Positions 45,301 through 58,798 of a stretch of DNA of 64,000 nt are shown in pieces. Below the pieces are notes generated by a model. The model had not been told where the DNA came from and did no database searches. It saw nothing but the letters and a program-made list of their open reading frames with translations. The stretch is taken from the NCBI GenBank assembly GCA_963845755.1, contig CAWJTV010000027.1, positions 1 to 64,000 of the forward strand, read 5' to 3'. Position numbers and translations under genes: made by a program. Position 1 is the first letter of the stretch, and every line of letters begins with the position of its first letter. This DNA comes from an uncultured Planctomycetota bacterium (GTDB taxonomy: Bacteria > Planctomycetota > Planctomycetia > Isosphaerales > Isosphaeraceae).

Positions 45301-46317
45301 TCAAGACGGCTTCCCTTTCTTCGACCGGCGTTTCCGTGTCCAGACCCGGCGCAGATCATCCGGGCTGGCCGCTGTCTCGATCGCATTGAGAAGCTTACGA
45401 AGCAACTTGTGGTCTTGAATCTCACGGAGATCCGGCATCAAATCCAGACCCTCGGCGCCGAACTTCATTCTCAGGCATGTCTCAATGCCTTGGAGAATAC
45501 CTTCAAGCAAACCCTCCTCCTTAGCCATCCGCTCCGTAATCGTGATAAATGGCATAGACTTCTCCTGCTGATAAACGCGGAGTTCTTGCCCAAACCGCTG
45601 TTCCAGTTCCGCCGGTAGCTCCATGATCCAGTCGATGAACCGATAGAGCTGTCGGATATCTTCCGCATCCATCCCCCGCTCGTACAGCCCCTTGACCAAC
45701 CGCAGCTTCCAGGCATGCCGATCGTCTGGCGACCGACGGGTCTCCAGGGTCTTGAGGTGCGCCAACACCACCATGGCGAACGGATTCGGATCGGCCTCCA
45801 ACTCCTGAACACGAGGCGCGTAGTCCAGCAGCTTGACAAAAGGAAACTCCGTGCCGGTGCGGAAGCCCCAGCGGCTGTATCCGAACTGGCTGGGCCGCCA
45901 GTCAGGATCGTCGTCGGCCAGGATCGCCAGGCTAATCACCTCACGATCATAACGGTCGAAGATCCGATGGTTGTAGACGTACATCCGCTTGGGAAAGTCG
46001 CGCTCCTTCCCGGCCTGCACCTCGACATGGATCAGGATCCACCGCTCTTCGCCGCTCTTGAGCCACACCTTGACCAACTTGTCCACGTAACGCCGGCCCC
46101 GTTTGGCCTGGCGGACGATCGGTTGCAGCTCTTTGTCCAGCATCTCATATCCGCGCGCCCAGTCGATCTCGGCATAAGCCTGCGGGAAGAAGAAGGCCAG
46201 GCAATGCTGGAAATAACGATCCAGCGCCTCTTTCCACGGACTATCATAGTCGATCCTGGGTCGTCTCGGCGCGCTTCGCCCGCCGGTCTTTCCCGACATC
46301 GATTTCCGTTTCGCCAT
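45301..46317 (-). CDS. Rpn-like PD-(D/E)XK nuclease / putative transposase (DYDSPWK type)
   Basis: DYDSPWKEAL, LDKELQ, VDKLVKV...IHVEVQ, RMYVYNHRIFDRY, NPFA, FIDW; C-terminal helical domain. Confidence 0.8.
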   Translation of the reverse strand: MAKRKSMSGKTGGRSAPRRPRIDYDSPWKEALDRYFQHCLAFFFPQAYAEIDWARGYEMLDKELQPIVRQAKRGRRYVDKLVKVWLKSGEERWILIHVEVQAGKERDFPKRMYVYNHRIFDRYDREVISLAILADDDPDWRPSQFGYSRWGFRTGTEFPFVKLLDYAPRVQELEADPNPFAMVVLAHLKTLETRRSPDDRHAWKLRLVKGLYERGMDAEDIRQLYRFIDWIMELPAELEQRFGQELRVYQQEKSMPFITITERMAKEEGLLEGILQGIETCLRMKFGAEGLDLMPDLREIQDHKLLRKLLNAIETAASPDDLRRVWTRKRRSKKGKPS

Positions 46318-46457
46318 GGCGCGTGTCCGAAGATCTTTTCCATTTCACGTCCGGCGTCGGCGCAGACCCGCTTCTTGGCGGCCTGGACATCACGGCCACT
46401 CTCGGGGTCCGGTCCGGCCGGGGCGCGGCGCCGGGCACGCTCCGGCCCCGTCCGGTT

Positions 46458-46483
46458 GGGCTCCGCCCTGCGGCTCCGCCGCA
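46458..46483 (-). promoter_or_regulatory. Tandem GGA-triloop hairpins downstream of TIR-FGE gene 1 (putative DGR target-recognition element)
   Basis: Coding strand TGCGGC-GGA-GCCGCA then GGGC-GGA-GCCC; identical at 49866-49891. Confidence 0.65.
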
Positions 46484-46531
46484 CCACCGCCCAGGCCTCC
46501 GCGAGCCCGGCGTCGTTTCCCTCGCTTGAGC

Positions 46532-47899
46532 TCAGCGACCAGACTCTTCTAGGGCCACGCGGAACCCCAGGTAGCTGCCCCGGTTCCCCGGCACGTTCCT
46601 GATGCGGTACGCCGACCGGGCGAAGCGGGGGTTGTTGATCCAGCTCCCGCCGCGGACGACCCGGCACGCGGCCTGCGTGGCACCCGGCGGATCGTCCACC
46701 GGCGACTCCTTGTAATAATCGGCCGCATACCCATCCGAACACCACTCGTAGACATTTCCGTGCATGTCAAACAGGCCCCATTTGTTCGACTTGTAGCGGC
46801 CTACCGGGGCCGTGTAGACGTAGCCGTCCCGCGCCGCGATCGTCGCCCACTGCCAGTTCGGATACTTCTCCTTCAACGTCCCATCGGCAATGTTCCCGAA
46901 CGCCGCCATGCCCTCGGGGTCGTCGCCGAAGACGTAGCGGGTCGTCGTCCCCGCTCGGCAGGCATATTCCCATTCCGCCTCCGTCGGCAGCCGGTAGGTC
47001 TTCCCCTCCTTCCGGCTCAGCCAGGCAACGAATGCCTGCGCGTCGTTCCAGCTCACGTTGACCACCGGATGGTCGTCGGTCTGCTCGAATCCTGCGTTTT
47101 GCCAGGTAAACTTCGGATCCTGCTCGAACTGCTTCGTCGCCTCATTCCAACCATACCCCCCCTTGCTATCTTTCTTCTCCGCCTCGGTCTGGTAGCCGGC
47201 CTCGTCCACGAACCGGCGGAACTGGCCGCGGGTCACCTCGGTCACGCCCAGGTAGAACGGCCGGGTGATCCGCACCCGATGCTTCTGCATCTTGCCGGCG
47301 GCCTTGTCTACAAACTCATCGTCGTACGCGTCTGGGTCGCTTTCATCCGAGCCCATCAGGAACTCACCGGCCGGGATCAAGGCCAGCTTCATCCCGATCG
47401 AGTTCGTCCACTCCTTCGGCTGTGGCGCACGTGGCTGGTGTGGCTGGAACAGGCGCTCAATCCCTTTGATGAGCCGGTTGATGTTGTTATCGAAGTCCCG
47501 TCCCGGATCCAGATTGAGTGCGTTGCGGTAGGCTAGCCCGGCCAGCGAGGGCGGCAGCTCCGCCTCGCCCGGCATCCGGGCGTGGTCGATCAGGATCGGC
47601 ACCACGGGCAGGTTCCGTTCCAGCGCCGATTCGATCTCGATCCGGACGAAGTCGCGCGGATCGTCGATCCGACGGGCAGCACCGGCCTCGCCGGCCCAGT
47701 GGCGGCCGATCACGGCCAGCAGGATGCCGCACTCGTCGACCGCCGCCTTGATGTGCTCGCGAAAGTCGACACCGAAGGGAATGGCATCGATGTCCATGAA
47801 GATGGCGTCGGGGCCGAAATGAGCGCGCAGGCGATCGTAGAGGAATTGGGCCACGTAGGCCGAATCCTGGCGCCGGTAGGAGAGGAAGATCCTGGCCAT
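46532..47899 (-). CDS. TIR domain + FGE-sulfatase (SUMF1/C-type lectin fold) protein 1; probable DGR target
   Basis: IFLSYRRQD...IFMDID...DFVRIEIE (TIR_2); NSIGMKL, RLPTEAEWEYACRAG, GLFDMHGNVYEW, RGGSW...GFRVA. Confidence 0.92.
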   Translation of the reverse strand: MARIFLSYRRQDSAYVAQFLYDRLRAHFGPDAIFMDIDAIPFGVDFREHIKAAVDECGILLAVIGRHWAGEAGAARRIDDPRDFVRIEIESALERNLPVVPILIDHARMPGEAELPPSLAGLAYRNALNLDPGRDFDNNINRLIKGIERLFQPHQPRAPQPKEWTNSIGMKLALIPAGEFLMGSDESDPDAYDDEFVDKAAGKMQKHRVRITRPFYLGVTEVTRGQFRRFVDEAGYQTEAEKKDSKGGYGWNEATKQFEQDPKFTWQNAGFEQTDDHPVVNVSWNDAQAFVAWLSRKEGKTYRLPTEAEWEYACRAGTTTRYVFGDDPEGMAAFGNIADGTLKEKYPNWQWATIAARDGYVYTAPVGRYKSNKWGLFDMHGNVYEWCSDGYAADYYKESPVDDPPGATQAACRVVRGGSWINNPRFARSAYRIRNVPGNRGSYLGFRVALEESGR

Positions 47900-48026
47900 C
47901 GATCCCTCACCGCATCGTTTCTTCGGTCTTCACTCCCTGATGGATGATACGCGACGACGTCTCGGGGCGTCCAGCACCTGGGGAAGTTGTTCGATTGTCC
48001 ATATTGGCTCGACCCGATCGCATCGC

Positions 48027-48832
48027 TCAGCCCTGTGCTGCGGCCACGATCGTCTCGGCCCAGGCGGCCTGATCGGGTCGGAGCGGAGGGATCATGGCGT
48101 CCTCGCCGTAACGGATCTCGCGCGCGTACGGTCCGGCATCGTAGCAGCGGTCGAAGACGGACTGGAGGTCGAGCGTCACCGAAGGGTCGCCGGGCAAGAG
48201 TGGGATCTCGACCGCCGGCAGGCGATCCTCCAGTCGGATCGGGTAGACGAAGACCGTTTCGAGGTCGTCGAAAGGCCGGACGGAAATGTGATAATCGAAC
48301 GGGCCGCACGCCTCGCGTGCCGCGTCGAGCGGGACGGCCGTCGTGTGCTCGCCGCTGCGCAGGAAGTCGAACTCGATCAGGTGGACCTGGCTCGCGAGGA
48401 TCTCGTTCTGCTTGCGCTTGTAGAGGTCGCGCCCCTGTTCGCCGGGCGTCTTGTTCGAGAGGCTGAGGACCTCGATGGAGGTGACCAGTCGCTTGCCTTC
48501 GCCGCTCCGCGTAGATCTCGACGAAGGGCTCGCGGATCTCGTCGTGAGCGACCTTGATCGCGACAGGCTGGGCCGCGGGTGCATTGGCGACGGCCACCGA
48601 CCGACGACCTCCGGCTTGCGATGTGGTGGACCGCGCGCACCGCACCTCCACGTCGGGGCCAATCGAGCGCCTGAGAGCTCGATCCAGATCCGACGGCCCA
48701 GCGCCGCGAAGTAGGGGCTGGTAGACTCGCCTGAATCGCTTCCCGCAAGTAGGTGATGAAACTGTCGTGGAAGTCCGGAAAGATCTCCGGGTTCTCCAGG
48801 TAGGGGTCCATGCCTGGGAAGGGCGAGGGCAT
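48027..48832 (-). CDS. DUF4058-family protein (several frameshifts)
   Basis: MPSPFPGMDPYLE, VTSIEVLS..NK, YK.KQ.E, HLIEFDFLR.G, LP...IPL, LDLQ. Confidence 0.85.
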
Positions 48833-48899
48833 CGCAATCCTCGAAGTGAACCGGGGCACCGATTAAGGAACGCCCCGAGCGTTCGCCAAGTGAACGGAC

Positions 48900-49798
48900 T
48901 CAGCCCTTGAGCGAACCCAGCAGGTCGGCCCAGGTCGAGACATCCTCGATGCGGTCCTGGAGGTCATGCAGGGTCCCGAGATCGGCGATGGACGCGATCT
49001 GGGCCTGGACCCCTTCTTCAGGGGGACCCAGCTTCCGGCGGCCCTGACGCAAAAGAGTCGCTCTCGCCTCCTCGGCAAGGCCCTCAGCGCAACCCTTGGC
49101 CTCGCCCTTGCGGAGGATACCCTGATAGACCGACGATTCCTCGATCCCTTCAATTCCGAACAACATGGCGGACATCCCCTCGATGATCGCGTCGACCTGC
49201 TTTTCCTCGTAGCGCAAGCCCATCAGGATCTTGGTCGCGTTCCACAACGTCGCCGCCTGCTCCCGGTTGGTTTCCCGCGCCATCCGATCCGACATGGCCA
49301 GGAGTACGCTGGGAACTCGCTCGACCGCGACATTCGACACCGGCGCCAGCGGCAAGACCGGCAAGCCCGCCACCAGGACCTCCTCCACCGGCTGCTGCCA
49401 GACCCTCACGACATTGTAGCGGAATGTGTCGTAAATGTCCCCGTGGCGATCTTGCTGCTCGAAGACCCCCGTCAACTCCGGACCATCGACCACGGGTCGC
49501 AACAAAATGACCGACGAATGCACGGGGACCTGGAAACTGTGTCGGATGATGGTGCTGTACCAGTGCACGCCCTCCGGCAAGTCGGGGTTGCGGCCTGCCT
49601 GGAGCTCGAGGTGCTCGATCCAGGGCTGGGGATCGTCCACCCAGAGGACCTTGTCGGCCTCGGCGGTAACGGTCGAGAGGTTCGAGTCGATCACCTTGAC
49701 CGCGCGGGATCAGCAACCGGGATGTGCAGAAAGCGAAGCCACGCCGCCGGCTCCATCTCGATCAGCTTCCGCAGCGTCGCGTCAAATGGCCTGGACAT
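48900..49798 (-). CDS. Rpn-like PD-(D/E)XK protein (KPFDAT type; frameshifts near 49700-49740)
   Basis: MSRPFDATLRKLIE..P..W, DSNLSTVTAEADKVL, HLELQ, Y.VVRVWQ, LPLAP, ILMGLRY, EESSVYQ. Confidence 0.8.
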
Positions 49799-49865
49799 CA
49801 CCACCCCTATCTGGACCCGGTCCGGCTCGGGCGCGACATCGGGCACGCTCCGGCCCCGGCCGGTT

Positions 49866-49891
49866 GGGCTCCGCCCTGCGGCTCCGCCGCA
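49866..49891 (-). promoter_or_regulatory. Tandem GGA-triloop hairpins downstream of TIR-FGE gene 2
   Basis: Identical to 46458-46483. Confidence 0.65.
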
Positions 49892-49938
49892 CCACCGGCC
49901 AGGCCTCCGCGAGCCCGCCGGCGTTTCCTCGCTTGAGC

Positions 49939-51206
49939 TCAGCGGCCAGACTCCTCTAGGGCCACGCGGAACCCCAGGTCGTTGAACCGGTTCACCGGCA
50001 CGTGCCCGCAGCGGTTCGCCGACCGGGCGCGGCGGGGGCGTAGAACCAGCTCCCGCCGCGGATCACCCGGAGCGCGGCCTGCGCGGCGCCCGGCGGATCG
50101 TCCACCGGCGACTGTTTGTAATAATCGGCCGTATACCCGTCCCAACACCACTCCCAAACGTTCCCCAACATGTCGTAGAGTCCCCACTCGTTTCGTTTCT
50201 TCTGACCGACCGGGTGGGTCTTACTATCGGAGTTCTTTTCGTACCACGCGTACTCTCCCAGCCCGTTCTCATCGTCACCGGAGGGATACCGCGTCGAGCG
50301 GCCGGCTCGGCAGGCATATTCCCATTCCGCCTCGGTGGGCAGACGGTAACCGTTGCCACCAGCAATGGTGACCGTGTCGCCCGCGATTCGATAGTAAGGT
50401 TTCCGACCTTCCCGCTCGCTCAGCTTGTTGCAGAACTTGACCGCGTCCAGCCAGGAGACCTTTTCAACCGGCAGGTCATCCGACCCCTTGAATGTGCTCG
50501 GGTTCTCGCCCATCACGGCCTGGTATTGGCCCTGAGTCACCTCGGTCACGCCCAGGTAGAACGGCCGGCTGATCCGCACCCGATGCTTCTGCTTCTTGCC
50601 GGCGGCCTTGTCCAGAAATTCATTGTCGAACGCATCCGGATCGCTTTCATCCGAGCCCATCAGGAACTCGCCGGACAGGATCAGCGTCAGCGTCATCCCG
50701 ATCGAGTTGGTCAACTCCTTCTGCGGCTGTGACGGAGGCGGCTGAGCTGGCTGGATCAGGCGTTCGATCCCTTGGATGAGCCGGTTGACGTTGTGGTCGA
50801 AGTCCCGTCCCGGATCCAGATCGAGCGCGTTGCGGTAGGCCAGCCGGGCCAGCGAGGGCGGCAGGTCCACCTCGCCCGGCATCCGGGCGTGGTCGATCAG
50901 GATCGGCACCACGGGGAGGTTCCGCTCCAGCGCGGATTCGATCTCGATCCGAACGAAGTCGCGCGGATCGTCGATCCGACGGGCAGCACCGGCCTCGCCC
51001 GCCCAGTGGCGGCCGATCACGGCCAGCAGGATGCCGCACTCGTCGACCGCCGCCTTGATGTGCTCGCGAAAGTCGACACCGAAGGGAATGGCATCGATGT
51101 CCATGAAGATGGCGTCGGGGCCGAAATGAGCGCGAAGCCGATCGTAGAGGAATTGGGCCACGTAGGCCGCGTCCTGGCGCCGGTAGGAGAGGAAGATCTT
51201 GGCCAT
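49939..51206 (-). CDS. TIR domain + FGE-sulfatase protein 2; probable DGR target (1-nt loss in the G run at 50034-50038)
   Basis: TIR nearly identical to gene 1; RLPTEAEWEYACRAG; true end RSANRCGHVPVNRFNDLGFRVALEESGR* at 49939. Confidence 0.9.
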
Positions 51207-51441
51207 CGATCCCTCGCCGCGTCGGTCGGTTCTTCGGTCTTCACTCCCTGATGGATGAGATGATACGCGACGAGGTCACGGGCCGTCCATCCTCTGGGGG
51301 TGCCATCGATTTCGGAAGATGGGTCAATCGAGGCCCGAATTCCCTCTTCAGGTCACCGTGGCTGACGGTCTCTCCCTGTTCGACCAGTCGGCGTGCTGGC
51401 TACAGTGAGAGTCCCTGGCCGATCGAGCGTCCGAGCGACCC

Positions 51442-52050
51442 TCAAGCCGGTCTCTCTCGCTTCGAACGGCGGCTTTCGCGTCCAGACCCGGCGCAGATCG
51501 TCCGGGCTGGCCGCTGTCTCAATCGCATTCAGAATCCGACTCAGCAATTCATGGTCGTGAAGCTCACGAAGGTCTGGCATCAGCTCTAGACCTTCCTCGC
51601 CAAATTTCATTCGTAGGCATGCCTCGATGCCTTCAAGCAGGCCCTTCTCCATGCCGACCCGCTCAAAAATTGTGATGAATGGCATGTGCTTCTCCTGCTG
51701 ATAAGCGGTGAGCTCTTGCTGGAAACGCTGTTCCAGTTCCTGGGGCAGATCCATGATCCAGTCAATGAATCGTAACAACTGCCGCACGTCCTCCGCATCC
51801 ATCCCGCGCTCGTAGAGCCCCTTGACTAGCCGCAGTTTCCAGGACTTCCGGTCAGCTGGCGACCGAGTCTCAGGGTCGTCCACGTGGATCAGGAGCCACC
51901 GCTCTTCACCGCCCTTGAGCCAGACCTTGACCAGCTTGTCGAACGTAACGCCGGCCCTGCTTGGCCTGGCGGACGATCGGCTGGAGCTCCTTGTCCAGCA
52001 TGTCCTAGCCGCGCGTCCAGTCGATCTCGGCGTGGGCGCGCGGAAAGAAG
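51442..52050 (-). pseudogene. Deleted paralog of the 45301-46317 Rpn-like gene
   Basis: DKLVKVWLKGGEERWLLIHV joined directly to DDPETR..DRKSWKLRLVKGLYERG (about 100 codons lost); C-terminal domain retained. Confidence 0.8.
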
Positions 52051-52155
52051 CGGGCTTGACGGCTCGCCTGAACTGGACTGGCGTGAAAGATTCCGGATAG
52101 GATGAGCAGGGCGTCAAGAGGTGTGAGACGAGATGCCAGAGGTGGACGCGTTCCC

Positions 52156-52400
52156 ATGATTCGTGCCATCGTTCAAAATGGGCTCCTGCACCGCTCGATC
52201 CCTTGCCACGCGACTGGGCCGAGGGTCGCATCGTCGTCGTCGAAGACGCCGAGTCTGCCATTTCCGATGATCTCGACGAGTGGTATGAGGAACTCAATCG
52301 CCTGGGACCGGCTCAATATGAGCCGGGTGAGCGCGAACAGATTCGGGCCATCTTGGCGGAAGCCGATGCACTCGTCCGTCGCGAGATGGGATCTCTGTGA
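52156..52400 (+). CDS. Small putative antitoxin (frameshift near 52190)
   Basis: MIRAIVQNG...PLPRDWAEG..V.VE; TGATG-coupled to a PIN fragment. Confidence 0.5.
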
Positions 52401-52504
52401 TGGCCCGATACCTCTTCGACACCAACCATCTCAGCGCCGCTATGGACGATGAAGCCGGTTTCCGCGAACACATCTTCCCGTTGCGTCGGGCTGACGATCG
52501 ATAG
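52400..52504 (+). pseudogene. Truncated PIN/VapC toxin
   Basis: MARYLFDTNHLSAA (YLxDTN PIN motif) stops after 34 aa. Confidence 0.65.
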
Positions 52505-52519
52505 ACGACTCAGGGTGTG

Positions 52520-52756
52520 TCAACCGCTCAGCCTCCGCTCGAGCTCTTCGCGACTGATGGTTTTCTGTCGTCGGCGTTCCTCCATCAGCTTCCAGAATTC
52601 GGGGTCGCTGGAGAGGCGAATTTGCTCTTCATCCATCCCATCGACGCTCACAACCAGCGCGATGGGATGGCCACCGCGCGTGAGGATCACCCGCTCTTGC
52701 TGCGCCTCGGTGACACAGCGATCAAGCGTGGCATCTTCCATGGCAACCGTTTTCAT
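52520..52756 (-). CDS. Phd/YefM-like antitoxin
   Basis: 78 aa; ERVILTRGGHPIALVVSV; overlaps the toxin stop (ATGA). Confidence 0.7.
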   Translation of the reverse strand: MKTVAMEDATLDRCVTEAQQERVILTRGGHPIALVVSVDGMDEEQIRLSSDPEFWKLMEERRRQKTISREELERRLSG

Positions 52757-53052
52757 AGGATCTCCTCCGTCGTCTTGTGCGGCGGTTTGTGCCGGATTGC
52801 CCGAACCACCACGCGCTGTTCCTCTTCATCCACCGCGTAGAACACTCGAAATTCGCCAATACGAAGTTCCCAAACAGGTCCCGCATGCTCCCAAGGAGGA
52901 TCCAATCCGACGAGTTCTTTCTTGTTTCGAGTCTCCGCCGTGGGCTGATGGATAAGCTGCTGGTCAATCTGATCCAGAATCCGCTTGCGATCGAAAGCAC
53001 GGAGATCCGCCAAGTCCTCAGCGACCGCTTCGCTAAACTCAATAGTGAACAT
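52753..53052 (-). CDS. RelE/ParE-family toxin
   Basis: MFTIEFSEAVAEDL..L, WELRIGEFRVFY, V.V.AI.HK. Confidence 0.85.
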   Translation of the reverse strand: MFTIEFSEAVAEDLADLRAFDRKRILDQIDQQLIHQPTAETRNKKELVGLDPPWEHAGPVWELRIGEFRVFYAVDEEEQRVVVRAIRHKPPHKTTEEIL

Positions 53053-53140
53053 GTCTCGCATTTTCGATTCCGGCTGCCTATTCCGGTCAGTCTATCCTCT
53101 CCGCTATTGTAACCGAATCACGCACCGGAACATCCCTCCG

Positions 53141-53183
53141 GAAAACAAAACCGCCCCGGGTCGAGGATCTCGACCCGGGGCGG
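53141..53183 (-). terminator. Intrinsic terminator of the rRNA operon
   Basis: 15-bp stem CCGCCCCGGGTCGAG/CTCGACCCGGGGCGG plus TTTTGTTTT on the minus strand, just after 5S. Confidence 0.85.
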
Positions 53184-53196
53184 CTCTGTGAGATGA

Positions 53197-53306
53197 TTCC
53201 GGCGATAACCGACTTTCGCGCCAAAGGCACTATCATGGGCCTGGCGGGCTTAACGGCCGTGTTCGGAATGGGAACGGGTGTGACCCCGCCAGTATAGTCG
53301 CCGGAA
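53197..53306 (-). rRNA. rrf: 5S rRNA
   Basis: Minus strand contains CCCGTTCCCATTCCGAACACGG; complementary termini TTCCGGCG/CGCCGGAA. Confidence 0.92.
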
Positions 53307-53463
53307 AAGCGGCCGGCCGGCGATCAAGCCAGGCCGGACGCATTTTCGGTGAGTCAGCCACACACTGCAATCACGGTGGCAATCTTCCGCTACAGTTCAA
53401 AACAAATCTTACGCAATCACTGTCCGATCGCCCGTGCCTTGGAGGCAGCGAGCCGATCGGGGT

Positions 53464-56262
<2,799 letters not shown>

Positions 56263-56899
56263 ACGCCGATCGGGCCGCCGCGAAAATCCCGCAAAGGACC
56301 ATCGGACTGCACGAGCGACGGGTTGCCGGAAGCTCGATCCCCGTTGCGGCGTCTCGCGACGCGGCGCCGGATGGGCTTCCGCATAGATTGTGATCCGTAA
56401 GGGTTCGTTTTTCCTCAGTTGCAAGTCACAGATCGCAAGTGGCAAGGGAAGAAACGTGAATTCCTTCGCACTTGCAGCTCACAACCCGAAACCTGCACCT
56501 TGAAACTGTATGTGGCCTGTGCCATGTGGATTGTGCCGAGTGAATTGCTTCACCGAGCACTGGCCACCTGTCACGAGCCACTGTGAAGAGTGCCACTCAC
56601 CTCTCGCGAGATCGTGCGGCCTTGCGGCCACGGATCGCACGAAGGTGTGTGATATTCGTGTGTGACTAACCACCAAATTGACAAAGAACTCGAACTGCTG
56701 GGCGGTCCGCGATGAAGCGGCCCGACGAAACAGTCGTTCCCTGGACTGGCCAGGGGGCGAGGCCGTGAAAAACACGGCCCCGTCCCGCGGCCAGCGCTGG
56801 GCGGTTGATGGCACTAGGCGAAGCCATTCGCACTGATTGACGAGTCTTTACTCTTTTCCCCGTCGGTGGCAGGGTGCCAGGGATAGTGTTGATCGATTC

Positions 56900-57141
56900 C
56901 GCAGTCGTACAGAGGATACAGACCAAGTTGGTCCCGCATTCCAGGAAACCGACGAGCAACAATCGGTCAGAGTTTGAATGGCCAACGAGAATTTCACAAA
57001 CCTCGTCTTACGAGTGTTCGTGATCGACAAAGATCGTGGCGAGCGGGTCGCTGAAACGGTGCTCGCCTCATCGAAACTGACTCGATGTTTCTTGAGATTC
57101 GCCCTGGCTTTGTCTTCATCCTCATCGAATGAGACAGCCAG
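56900..57141 (-). pseudogene. BrnT-family toxin relic in the 16S-23S spacer
   Basis: FDEDEDKARANLKKHRVSFDEASTV/[fs]SDPLATIFVDHEHS*DEVCEILVGHSNSDRLLLVGF; frameshift near 57055 and TAA at 57010-57008. Confidence 0.8.
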
Positions 57142-57276
57142 GGACGAGATGTCGCGTCTGTTAAACCCCCGGGGGAAGCCGGCGTGGAAGTCTCGAACAG
57201 AACAGGGGGATGGTGCCGACGCGGCCTTATTGACGTTTTTGAGGCGTCTCAGGCCGGGTTTTCCAAGGAAATCCTT

Positions 57277-58798
<1,522 letters not shown>

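Noticed and set aside
46532..51206. FGE genes as true formylglycine-generating enzymes for the sulfatase-like gene
   Set aside because: They are TIR fusions without a conserved catalytic Cys pair after RGGS, and the sulfatase-like protein lacks the CxPxR substrate motif.
45301..53100. Complete DGR (RT, template repeat, Avd) within the window
   Set aside because: I found no reverse-transcriptase motifs and no non-coding AAC-rich template by eye. Neither variable region can be the template of the other because many mismatches are non-A in both.
56263..57276. tRNA-Ile/tRNA-Ala in the spacer
   Set aside because: No cloverleaf with T-loop and acceptor stem was recognisable by eye; tRNAscan-SE would be decisive.
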